Origin: Setoptus koraiensis
Lineage: Eukaryota; Animalia; Arthropoda
NCBI GenBank assembly: GCA_048013815.1
Contig: CM106585.1
Coordinates: forward strand, 10,602,001 to 10,666,000
Length of the DNA stretch: 64,000 nt
Reading direction: 5' to 3'
Part shown: positions 1-11,550 of the stretch, one piece after another
Numbering within the stretch: position 1 is the first letter of the stretch
How the letters are laid out: every line of letters starts with the position of its first letter
Program-made: the position numbers and the translations under genes
The notes under the pieces: model-generated
What the model saw: only the letters and a program-made list of their open reading frames with translations
What the model was told of the DNA's origin: nothing
The model's database searches: none

Positions 1-2288
1 TTGCTCCAAACAACGCAACTGTCGTCGAATATTTTGCCATATATCAACGGATAGGGAATGGACACAAACAACGAATGCCAGAAGCTGGTCATGGCCACCG
101 CCAGAGCCTTTTGTTCCTGAGTGACAGAGCGCAAAAAGGTGACTATGTTGCCTGCGGGTCGTTCATCGTGTTGTTTTGTGCGTGTCATTTGCATAATCGC
201 ACAATTATAACGACAACAGTGTGTTAATTATAATGACAGAAGCGATAGATAATTAGTTGATTGAGTGGCTGCAAGTGTGAAAGCTGAGATTTCAAATGGT
301 CATAACGAAGTCATTGTTGTCGTTGTTATTGCACCACCGCGAGTCGCTTACCTGGCCGGCCCGAGCCTGAGATCATGCCTCCGAGGGCTATTATTGTGGC
401 ATACGTAATTAGGTTGTTTGTGTCGGGCGGACACTTGTCTGTGGTGCGGATATTTGGCGTTCGCTCGCCCAGGGCGCTGAACAGGCAAGAGCATTCGCCG
501 AATGCCGTTATGTTTGTGATTGGGTTCACAAACGATTGCTTGCATCCCGCGTGACAGGGCGAAAAGAAGGCCGTTCCCTGGGTTGAGTCGCAAACGGGCT
601 GATAGTTTTTCACGCCGCAATTACACTCGCGGTTGCAGTCGTTGGTCAGCTCGAGCCTGGGATAATCAATGGAAAGTTGCGGTGATCACCATAGATCATT
701 CGCAGTATTTGAGATTTCGGAATAGTTGCAATGGATTAGTTTATATTGAATTGGAACGGGAATTTGTGTTGAAATTTGAGTTTGTGAATGCTAAGCCGCT
801 AGACGGCGAACAGCGATTTATCACTCACATTCCGTTGTACACGTTGCTCGTGGTGCCCGGCATGTAGGGCGTGGGCCCCTTAATGGTGGACGCAAACAAG
901 AGCGTAAACACCGAGGTGGCCTCAACGAGAAATATGCAAGTGGTGAGAACGCGCGGCCCCGGCTTCAGCAAAGTGATCAACAGGCCGCCCAGTTGAACGC
1001 CTATTATCTTGGACAGTATGCCCGTGGTGCCGCTTATGAGGCTCGCCTTCGAGGCCGACTGCCTGAACTGGGCCTCGTAGTATTTGGTCTGAAAGACAAA
1101 GTGTCCTATTATTCCTATGCCCCTGAACAGACTTCCGGCTAGCGCGCACGCCACTATGGGATTGGTGGCTATTTGATACATTTCGCCAGGTAATTCTTTC
1201 AGGCTGAGCTCGGTTTTTTTCTGTGGCTGTTTCTTTTTGCTTTTTTTTTGTAGGTCGGCCTCGCCATCGGCCAATGGGGCGTGCTTGTTACTGCGACCCA
1301 TTAGGGTGTCGTGGGCACTGGAGGCGGGCACTGTGCCCGTTACCGTGTCCAACTGTTTCAAATGGGGCATCTGGTTGTCGTCCAGGGCGTCGTTCGAGTC
1401 CTCGTTGGCCTCATCCAGGCCGCTGGGCTTCTTCTTGAATTCGCGCGGAAACAACGACAACGGAAAGGCCAACATCAGCAGCGCCATGCCCGATATCAGA
1501 AAGCCTATCCACCAGGCCCCAATCCAGCGCGGGTCCTTCTCTGTGATGCCCTCGGGCACCACCAATGGATTTTCGTAATATTTCATACTGATCGAGGTCA
1601 AATAAAAGCCCAGCGGTGCGCCAAATATTCGCATAGAGAATATAAAGCCAAAAAAGGCCGGCATCTTGCTGCGACTGACATTGTCGTCTAAATACGGCGT
1701 GCCATAGGTGAAATAGAGGCTCGTACCGAAGCCCCGAAAGAAGTTGCTGGCGCCAAATATGAGCACGGCCACCATGGTCATGGTTGAGGCCGATTGAAAG
1801 CTCTGACCGCTACAGTTCTCCACTTCCGGCTTCAAGTGGCACAATTCGTCCACTGTGCGACTCTTTGACAGTGTTATGTTTTTTGCCCGCTCTAAATCGT
1901 CCATTTGAGCTGGCCCATAAATAAAATAAGGCAACGCTGTCAGCATAACACTCAATCCTGTCACTATGCAACCAATGGCCATCCATCTGGGCCTATGCGC
2001 AGTTTTTCCATAATAGCCTATAAATAAATTTGTCAACACAACGGCCACATTGTCCGTTATCATAATTAGTCCGCCTGTCGAGCTAGAGAATTGATAGCGT
2101 TTCTCTAGGGTGCTGAGGCTACCATTGAAACACGAATGATACGACACACTGAATATGCCAAACAGGCAAAATATGGCCGTGTAAGAGTATATGCTGAAAA
2201 AGGCGCGACGGCATAATGATTCTTGTTTTGGGGGCGCCCCAATACTGTCTGAGCTTGATGAGCTCGCGCTTGCGTTCATTTTGCCCAT
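1..2288 (-). CDS. Organic anion transporting polypeptide (OATP/SLCO family), 3' end runs off the window; exons ~2288-829, 657-352, 151-<1
   Basis: The 487-aa ORF has OATP motifs (STLEKRYQFSSSTGGLI, HRPRWMAIG, PRWIGAWWIGFL). The Kazal-like exon reads CNRECNCGVKNYQPVCDSTQGTAFFSPCHAGC. GT-AG introns at 828-658 and 351-152 join in frame to SGRPGNIVTFLRSV...PYPLIYGKIFDDSCVVW. Confidence 0.93.
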
Positions 2289-2874
2289 GCTGGCTGAGTG
2301 GCGGCTGAGGTACGATAATCAATCAATTCTTTGATAATTCTTTTGTTATCTTTCTTGTTTGTTTGTTTCTGGAGGAAATTTTTCTCGATGTTCTAGTTGT
2401 CAATTTTAGTTTTATTCTTCAATGCAAGTTAATGTTTACTGTTTGTTGTGTGTCTGCTGTCACATCGCCCGAACGTTGCCTCTCTGCTGCAACGGCCCCA
2501 GAAATTGTCCGGCCGGCCAACGGAAATAGTGTTCAGACCCAATTCACCTGTTGATCAGGTGATCAGAGAGGCGTTATTAGAGGAGACACACTAGTTGCAG
2601 CCATTGTTTTATAGTTGTGTCGCAGTTGTTGTTATTGTGGCCCGATATTAATATTATTATTCAATGTGACAGGCGCGCCAAGACGTTTGTGCCAAGACGT
2701 CTTGCCGATGATGCAGCTGATAGTTATATTACATGATGACGGTATAACGTTAACTAACTAATGTAACTGTAATCGCGCTAGCCAATCTAATCTGTGTTTG
2801 TTGGTCGCGTTTTTTCTGTCCACAAGAGCCTATTTATTTTCGCCAGATATCGCTATTATTATTGCTTATATCAC

Positions 2875-2905
2875 TATTGCTATTGCTATTGCTATTGCTA
2901 TTGCT
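2875..2905. repeat. (TATTGC)n microsatellite
   Basis: Direct tandem copies visible in the sequence. Confidence 0.9.
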
Positions 2906-4421
2906 ATTATTGTTGCTATTATTATGTAATGTGTAGTAAGCTGTCGTGGGTGGCACAAGTCAAGTTTATATCATTGGTTATATGACTATCTATTCACGAT
3001 ACGACCATAATGTAATGTGTGTGCGATATGTTCATGTTGTGAGCACTACTCAAGACGCACTGTGAGGACAGTATCTGGCCCACATATCTTTGTGTTGTTG
3101 CTGCTCCAATTTTTCCGCCGCCGCTGCTGCTGCTGTTACTTTTGCACTATTACGCCACTGCTCAATTAAATAACTGATTGCACTGGCAAGCTAGCTGGTT
3201 GCATTTTATTACATAACTGACATATCATATTGAGCGTGGAGCACACAGGCGGTCGACGATGATGATTTGAGTACATTTGATTGGACGACTATCATCAGTT
3301 AGTCGTTTGGGCGACTATTGGTTAGGCTCCAAGATGTTTGTGCGAGATAAAAGGCGCTGATATTGTCAATATTTGTTGCCGTTGGCGCTGGGCGCTCGGT
3401 GTTGCAAATGTCACCGCAAATCGTGCAAAAATTGTGATCACAATGTACATATGTACAAGACAGTGCTCACAGTATCTTGACACCATCTAGCGCCGATATT
3501 GTATTTCAAGGAGCAAGGCGATTCTTGCAGATATTCAAGTCAACACAATTGACGCTGGCTCTCATATCTCTCGGGCTTATCTGTTATTCGGTGATTGGCA
3601 AGTGCGACATAATAGAGCAAAAAAGTACCACTGTGGTGCGCGATTGTATCTGGTGGTTGTTGGTCAATTCATTTATTAGCTGCAGGCAACGTCGCAACGC
3701 TTTTTCTTGGATGTAACACCGCAACAACAACGCCAACATCAACGCCAACATAATTAGCAATTGCAAATGAATGCGACTAAACACATGAATGCAATTAGAC
3801 AAATTAGATGACAGCACACAATTTAGGTTAATAATAACAATCACTGTTGTTGGAGCGCTTGTATTCATTTGGAATGGATAGCTCTCTCTCACAAACGCTA
3901 TTGTTGTCGCCTGAATCACTTGTTGCCAGCACCAGCCAGCCTGAATGGATGACGACAAAGGCACTATTCCCATTTCCATTTCCATTGATGATTTGGAACA
4001 TTGATACGACGGGCTTGTCATTGTCATCATTGTTCGCCAAGTCACTCGTTTGTTAGTCTGTTTATTTGTTTGTTGTCGGCCTGTTGCTGTTGTTGTTTCG
4101 TGCTCACCACAACCAGTGACTAAGAGCGATAAATAAAACTTGGTTCACTTTACTATCACTATTATCATTTTTATTATTACTATTATTATTATTGCTATTA
4201 TTATTAGCGAAAAAATCAATTTTCTCTCTCTCTCTCTCTGTCTCGCTCTTCATGTCGCCCGCCGTTCTTTGTGTCATGATGATGTGCGTGATAAACAAAC
4301 ATTAGCAATAGCAACACTATTCAAATTTGCGACACCTGTCGCCCATTTGACTCTGTCACCTGTCATTCGCTAGTTGTCGCTAAGCCGGGCCGGTGGTTGT
4401 GATTTATTTGCTTATCATTAA

Positions 4422-5906
4422 TTATCTGTGCTTCTTCAGTGCCTTTTCAAGGCCCTTGCCAAAATCTTCGTGCACTTGGCTGAAATGTTTCACCATTTGT
4501 TCTTGGGTTGTTTTTTGGGCCCAGCGCAAATGGTCGGCAATGTTGCCAATCAATCTGTTTTGTTGATCTTTCGACGATGCCACCTTCGACCAAAACTCTC
4601 TCGCCTGACTGTAATTGTCGTCGTCGCTTAGGTCGTGTCTGCCCACCGAGCCAATGAATTTTGCGGACATTGTGGTGTCATTGTGATCTTTGTCCTTGTC
4701 GTTGTTGTTTATGGCCTGCTTGCTGTTTGGCACATAATTCAACGAGCCGGCATCTATTTTCGCGTGACTCAGCTTGCCGTCTCTGTACGTGGGCGTCATA
4801 ACTGGACATTGGGGCTTATTGACGGCCAGCTGATAATAGTTGCCGCCCAGACGATAACGCTGAGCGTCCTGGTACGAAAACATGCGGCCCAGCAGCATCT
4901 TGTCGGGCGTCGGTGCCACGCCGGGCACCATGTTGGCCGGACAAAAGGCTATTTGTTCAACTTCGCCAAAATAATCCTGCGGCAGCCTGTCCAATGTCAA
5001 TTTTCCCACCTCTATCAGCGGATATTGTTTATGAGGCCACACTTTGGTACAGTCAAACGGGTTGAATTTAACCTGGTCAACTTGGTCCGAGTCCATTGTT
5101 TGCACACACAATTTCCACGCCGGATAATCCTTCTTTTTGATTGCCGTCTGCAAATCCCTCAGCGCGTAATCGGGATCTTTGCCCGCCAGTTTGACTGCCT
5201 CGCTCTGTTCGAGATTCTTTATTTTTTGCTGGCAAATCCAATGAAATTTCGCATAGTGAACTTTACCCTGCTCGTTGATCAACTTGAACGTGTTCACGCC
5301 AAACCCGTGCATGTGCCGGAATCCGTCCGGAATGCCCCGGTCGCCGAATAGTATACACACCTGGTGAATACTTTCCGGGTTGAGCGCGATAAAATCCCAG
5401 AAGGCATTGGCGTCTTTCATGTGCGTCTTGGGGTGGCGCTTCTGCGAATGGATAAATGATGCGAATTTTATCGGGTCGCGAATGAAGAACACAGGCGAAT
5501 TGTTGCCAACAATGTCCAAATTGCCCTCTTCGGTGTAGAGACGAACGGCAAAACCGCGTACGTCCCTCACTGTGTCCGCGGCGCCCGTTTCGCCCGTCAC
5601 CACGGAAAATCTCACTACTGCATCGGTTTTTTTGCCCTTTGTTTCAAACACTTTCGCCTTGCAATATTTCGCCATGCTGGACTCGGTCACCTTGAAATGG
5701 CCATAGGCGCCCATGCCCCTGGCGTGAACAACCCGCTCGGGTATGCGCTCCCGATTGAAGACGGCCGTCTCCTCCACATAGGCCACATCATGCAGCACCA
5801 TGGGTCCCTTAGGGCCGACCGTGAGCGAGTTGAATTTGTCAACGGGCGCGCCCGAGGCCAGAGTCAGTCGATCGGACTTGGCCTTTGACGTCGATGAGCC
5901 AGACAT
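4422..5906 (-). CDS. CAT: Monofunctional heme catalase (clade 3 type), intronless
   Basis: Active-site FNRERIPERVVHARG (distal His), VGNNSPVFFIRD (Asn) and proximal heme signature RMFSYQDAQ (Tyr). First ATG is at 5906; the ORF track starts at a TTG. Confidence 0.97.
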   Translation of the reverse strand: MSGSSTSKAKSDRLTLASGAPVDKFNSLTVGPKGPMVLHDVAYVEETAVFNRERIPERVVHARGMGAYGHFKVTESSMAKYCKAKVFETKGKKTDAVVRFSVVTGETGAADTVRDVRGFAVRLYTEEGNLDIVGNNSPVFFIRDPIKFASFIHSQKRHPKTHMKDANAFWDFIALNPESIHQVCILFGDRGIPDGFRHMHGFGVNTFKLINEQGKVHYAKFHWICQQKIKNLEQSEAVKLAGKDPDYALRDLQTAIKKKDYPAWKLCVQTMDSDQVDQVKFNPFDCTKVWPHKQYPLIEVGKLTLDRLPQDYFGEVEQIAFCPANMVPGVAPTPDKMLLGRMFSYQDAQRYRLGGNYYQLAVNKPQCPVMTPTYRDGKLSHAKIDAGSLNYVPNSKQAINNNDKDKDHNDTTMSAKFIGSVGRHDLSDDDNYSQAREFWSKVASSKDQQNRLIGNIADHLRWAQKTTQEQMVKHFSQVHEDFGKGLEKALKKHR

Positions 5907-6222
5907 GATATTTTCTGGCAATAATATCTTCCTCGAATAATTGATTAATCGGAGCCCCTGTCAAAGCCAACATTAGCCACCTGAGTCAATGGAGTTTTAA
6001 TCGCGCGAGAATGAATCGTCAAATGATCAAATATACGCAATGTGTAGCGGCATGAAAAACATACGCCACAAGTATCAAATTGCAACAATTAGCCGCGGCA
6101 GCCAACTAACGAAAAGTGAGATTTGCCCAGATAATTGTGGTGAGCGATTGAGCGATTGGATGTGTGTTTATTGCTTTCATTGATCATGAACAGATCTGAT
6201 GTTTTTTGCCGAAGTAGGCAAG

Positions 6223-8065
6223 CTATTCGCTTCGTTTTCCACGTTCACCGCCAATTGTAATGTATTTGTAAATGAGTATGGCCACCAGACACTTGGTAGC
6301 CACCAGAACAGCGGTGAGATATTGATTCAGAAACCAGATGTCCGAGATGGGATCCAAGTCGAGCTTACAGCGGGCCGCCTTCAGGTGGCCTTGCCGTGTG
6401 CCGAAAAATTCACGTAAATGCATTGATGCATTGCATTGACTGCATTGTATAAAATCAGATAGTTGGTCTAGATAATCGAGCAGCCATTTAGAGCGACAGC
6501 AGTCGATTTGTTCAATTATAATCTTGTGTTCCTTGCTTCCACTGAAATATTTTACAAACAATTCATGAGCCAACTCTAGCAAGCTTGTGTTTCTCAGGTC
6601 GAGGCTAACCCCGAGCCGCTCGTCTTCTATGTGATCAAATGAACCTGGTTTTATATTGAGCTTTGGATTGTTACTCAGGTCTATAATTGTGTCAGCAGCA
6701 TCTTTATTATCGCCTGACTGTTGGCGTTTATCTACAGTCAATATGAATGCTCTGTTTGAAATTGTACCCAATCTGTTGTGCGAAAGATCTATCCGCTTGA
6801 AAAAACCTCGAAACGCATAACTTTTCACCTGAGATAGCCTATTGTAACTAAGATCTACAACAGTTGGCAACAATGAGCTCTTGACGGTTGACGTTTCGTT
6901 TGTATCTTCTTTTTCGGCCACAATTTCCAATGTCCACTGTTTCTCACCTTGTTTTTCGTCTCGCTGATTAAGTCGAAAGGAACTCGATATAGATCTGGGC
7001 TGTCGCCAGTCTCCAGGCTGACGGTTACACCATTATTATAGCCAGATCCTGTTGATGTCAATGAATACGATCCAATCAGAACATCATCAAGCTCGTTGGT
7101 ATGCGTTTCATCTATTTGTTCATTGCCAACTGTGTCATCAGAGTCGTCATAAAAACCCAACAAACCACAGCTATCCTTAGTTATCAGAGATCCGTTGAGC
7201 AATGAGGCCAGATCAAACTTCACACTGTCATCCTCATAACAATAAATGTTGCCTGCCACACCAGCGTACTTGATACTATCAATGAATCCTATATTGCCAA
7301 CTGCATTAGTTGTTGCAGATAAATTTTTGGCCAGACGCTCTATCGCACTATTTGCGCAACATCTGATAGTGTCTATCGTTACGAGATGACCAGAACTTGA
7401 ACTCTCGAGTGATTTGTCCAGACTTGTATCACCAACAACGCTTACATTGGTCAAATTTAACAGTACCGATGGCCTTAGTAAACCGTTGAAGGTACCCCGA
7501 TTGAATTCCAGCACCTCGTTACTGCTGAAATCTGTGACTAAACGGTAATGGTCGTCACTCATATTGACCAATTTATCACCGGAAGAGGATTCATTTTCCG
7601 TATTTGATAACCTCCTGTCAACCTCGAAGGTGTTGTCAAATATGAAACCGAGCCGATTATTGGCTAGGTTGATGTGTCTGATCGATGCCGTCAGTTGCAA
7701 AGCTCTTTGATCAATTGATGATATTGGATTAGTTGCGTAGCATTTTTTGCATTATTGTCATAACGCCAACAATTATTGTTGGTGTCGCTGTTGTTTTCAT
7801 CAATCATACCCGTGCTATTTCCGACTAGTTGATTCTTGCCCGGTTGGATTGGTGAACATTCGATGTGCCGACTTGAGGAATCGTTATCGTCACAATATAA
7901 GGAATCTGGTGTTTGTTTGCAAAGACACTTGTAACTGTTCACAAGATTGCAATTTTGCATATCGGTATTTGATTCAAGAGAACTCGCGTTACCTAGTCTA
8001 CTGATAAGACAGGCCAACATACAGACCATCTTTGCCAACACTGTATGTTGCGATAAGAGCCCCAT
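6223..8065 (-). CDS. Signal peptide + Cys-rich cap + two LRR modules + C-terminal TM protein, split over three overlapping frames (frameshifted gene or pseudogene)
   Basis: ORFs 8065-7691 (signal peptide, CxC cap), 7700-6855 (IRHINLANNRLGFI) and 6930-6223 (VDLSYNRLSQV, IDLSHNRLGTI, IDLSNNPKL, hydrophobic tail). The LRR frame is also open upstream of 7700 (TNPISSIDQRAL). No usable splice acceptor found at the first frame break. Confidence 0.7.
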
Positions 8066-9024
8066 TGTCTCATTCGGTGATGATGTTTTTCTTCCTCGTA
8101 TTCTGTTTATTTATTAGATCTGATTTTATCCCGAAGCATTTGAGCTCCTCACAACATTGTCTGTACGACTTCAAGAGACACAGCCCTTCTGTCATTTGAA
8201 GACCAATTGCTGATCTGATTGAGTTTGAGACTGCTTTCTCGCCGACAATCATTTCCTCTTTCTTTTGTTCACTGTAATACCCTAATTACTCATTTACTGG
8301 CACCTGTTTCTGGGTGCAGTCAATGCTACTCGGGCTTATCTCGCTTGTAAAACTGGAAGAATTCGCATACGATTCGTCTACCATTATTTATTTATTTATT
8401 GATCAACCGATCAAGCAGAGCTTGCTTGCATAGTTGGGTACTATGGTGTCACTCACAATCGTTGATTTTGTTGATTTGGTGACTCGAACTAATCGATTGG
8501 CCATTGCCTTAGCTCGTAAAACTCGCAAAGTCTATCGAAAAACAAAGTCGTCGGTAATTAAAAGTAAAAAAAAATCTATCTACACCCGATATGGCGAACA
8601 AAATGCAACATAAAATTTGCCGTTATCACCACGACATCTCTTTGACGGCGCTCCAATGGCTGCCAAGGAAAAGCAGACATGCAATCAAGATTACTAGTGG
8701 ATCATTCATCTTGAATCACTAGGAAGTAATCTAGTGATAATCTAAAGGTTGTTCACATGAACCGTCCTCGTACCTTGATCAAGATGCCGTCATACCATTA
8801 GTGGTTGTTGGTGCAATGGCTCTCTAATGGTTGTAAGATTTCGCTTAGTTGCATCCATGATGACCGTTACAGACTTGACCACGATGTCGATAATCTTGTA
8901 CAGGGTCTTCTCATCGTGTCCGCTAAAGAAACAAACAAACAGCCGGAAAAGGCCAACATTTGGACATCGATCGATAGAGGAACGTATCAATATTTTCTCA
9001 AAACTCGAGGATATCTAGCTCACC

Positions 9025-9312
9025 ATGTACCTCAAGTTATCTTTTATTATATTTTTGGCCATCGGTTTGTCTGCCTATCAAAATCAGGCATCACCAGCCA
9101 GCTCCAAGTTGTCAACCGGAGATCTCACGTCATCCACCTCGATAATTCATTCTTTGTCAAGATCTACTCTCGATATTATTGGTAGCATTCCAATTGGCAA
9201 GATTCTCATAACTTTTGGAGTATTATTCGGTTTGGTATTAATTTTTATCAGATTAATAGTCGTGCTACTGCCCATTGTGATTTTGGGCATGCTAGCTCGC
9301 GAGGATTCATAG
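9025..9312 (+). CDS. Small protein with signal peptide and a long hydrophobic segment, unknown family
   Basis: MYLKLSFIIFLAIGLSA is signal-like and ILITFGVLFGLVLIFIRLIVVLLPIVILGML is hydrophobic. The true C-terminus is uncertain (GTAAGT at the stop, another frame open to ~9504). Confidence 0.5.
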   Translation: MYLKLSFIIFLAIGLSAYQNQASPASSKLSTGDLTSSTSIIHSLSRSTLDIIGSIPIGKILITFGVLFGLVLIFIRLIVVLLPIVILGMLAREDS

Positions 9313-10204
9313 TAAGTACTTCAATGGAATATATAGAGCCAATTTAGTGAATGATAATCAATTCCTTACCGTTACATTCCTTCTTCTCGCACTCGACCAC
9401 AATTATTCGAAAAAATTATCAAGTCTGATAGACATTCTCAGGACAGTGGTGGAGTCATTTACTGGTACTGCTTCGACACTTGTTAGCTCATTCCAGAGCG
9501 ATTGATATAACCAAGTTAACTGAGAGAATTGCGAACCCGTATTACCTAATCGTAATTTATGTAATCGATGATAACTAATTTATTTGTATTAAATATTTAA
9601 GAAACTTATTCATAATTTTTATAGTGACCTATGAGTTCATAGAATATGCTTCATAAAATTTTTGACTTGCTATAACTTTCAAAATATATAGACAAACTTT
9701 ATGCTACAAGCTCGCAACAAAGTTATTAATACAGTCATTAACATTGATAACTAACTCATTACTGAGAGTGAGGTGGTATCGCTTGTTACTGGCTCAGCTA
9801 GGCGTATCCTACCAAACTAATTAAGTATATGGTGTGGTAAATCTAAGACTCCGTTGCTCAAGCAATACAATTGTTTGGAACCTTATAAGATTGATGCGCG
9901 AATAATTTTAAGATTCTACGTTCTTTTTACCCAATATGAAAATTAATAAATCTCCAGTTCATCTGGATATCTTGAACTCTAGATGAGATAGCAGTTGATT
10001 GAGGTATAGTAGATAACATAATAAACAAGGTTAAGCTATTCAGTTATTCCATATGACTTTATCCAAGTCCTCGCAATGACAATACATGTGAATATATTGG
10101 AATATCGGGAATTTAATTTGAGTAGTGCCAATAGTTAGTTACTTTTCACTTATGAATGTGAATACCATAGAGAATATGATCCATAGATTTTATAGATTGC
10201 TCAA

Positions 10205-11550
10205 TCATGTCTGTGCTCTATTTGATAGGACATTGTTTTGATGGTTAGCAGTTTTGGTATGCCTAATGTAGTTGTCTTTCCATGAGAAATTTTTGCTACA
10301 AAGATGACAAACATATTTAGATCTGTTTTGAGAGTGTATCTGCTGATGTCTCTTTAGGTTCGCTTTTTCTCTAAATGATCTCATGCATACATTGCATTGG
10401 TGATTTCTAGGACGGTTGGCAGCAAGAGATTGAGAGAGAACTTGCGATGATTGCTGTGAGGAATTCTTGCAATCAATTGTGACATGCTGAAAATCCAGAT
10501 GGGAATTTAAATGTGCATTTGCTTGCTGCGAGTTGCTTAATATTATGCCTGAATATTATAAATAGTGATCATTATATGAGCGGGAGAACAAATAGAATGC
10601 TAGTTAGAATATAGATTCGAGGCATTAAGGGTTAGAATCTACGATGCAGTTGTTCCAGTTGAACTTACCTTGATTATGAGCAATATTTCTAGACGATGAC
10701 GGTTGATCGAAAGGGAAATGTGGGCTATCCGAGGTCTACAGAGAAACAAAACAGAAGGAGAGGAGAACTATTAGTAAATGTCGCTTTTTCTAGCACAGAT
10801 ACATCAATTGTGTAGAATCTATCTACAAATTAACAGCAACTATTGATTATGTGAATAGCACAGCAACGAATCATTTCAACTTACATCACCGGTGACCATT
10901 GATTGCTCAAGTAGACGGGCCGGTTCTGCGTCTTGTATTACTTCATCTAGAGAGTAACTAGGATTACGAACCATTAGTTGCTGAGCATCCAAATGTGATG
11001 GATGTCCGTCAATGATATCTACAATGCCTGGTGCGTCTTTTCCTCGACCTTTGTTATTAGCTGCGCCAGTTTGTTTTCTGGCGTTCTTTTTGTAGCGAGT
11101 TATGGGTGTTGCGCCTACACCCAGTAATCCAGGTCTTCTCTGTTGAGCAACCACCGCGGCTGTCGCTGTATCCCCGGCCCAATTGATACCTTGCAGTGGT
11201 CCTGATAGACCTGTGATTTGTAGATTATCAGCACTTCTAATGAGGGATATAAAACGATCTTGTGGTATAGTTATTTCACCTCTATACATAAAGTCAACAA
11301 TCAATTTGAGATCTTCAGCTGGCATATCTTTGAGAACAATGACAGGATAATGAAATGGATTGGCTAGTTTCTCAAAAAGATTTCTAAAATACGGCGAACA
11401 AGCTGATAGTACTAATTTGTGAGCGTGTATTTGTCCATCGCCACAACTAAGTGTAACATCCACCAATCGTTCGCTCTGGTACATCTCTTGAAATACAGCC
11501 GACAGAGCGGGTTCATTGCGTCTGACACAAACAAGCGGACAATTGGCCAT
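10205..11550 (-). CDS. Tramtrack-type BTB/POZ + two C2H2 zinc finger transcription factor; exons 11550-10885, 10735-10669, 10548-10205
   Basis: BTB domain VDVTLSCGDGQIHAHKLVLSACSPYF...DFMYRGE. In-phase GT-AG splicing gives HQCNVCMRSFREKANLKRHQQIH and YVCHLCSKNFSWKDNYIRHTKTANH. The zinc-finger exon is absent from the ORF track. Confidence 0.88.

Noticed and set aside
3477-4373. Short ORFs between OATP and catalase
   Set aside because: Low-complexity translations of simple repeats.
348-5888. Opposite-strand or alternate-frame ORFs over OATP and catalase (e.g. 4635-5351, 1237-1578, 1311-1691)
   Set aside because: Shadow ORFs of GC-rich coding sequence with no motifs.
4422-5906. Horizontal (bacterial) origin of the catalase
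   Set aside because: A few Bacillus-like motifs (FNRER, DYPAWKL, RHMHGFG) are offset by animal-like segments (DPDYALRDL, VWPHKQYPLI, C-terminal helices). A phylogeny is needed.
8070-8385. Possible small two-exon gene on the minus strand
   Set aside because: The only in-phase intron would be 18 bp, and there is no motif support.
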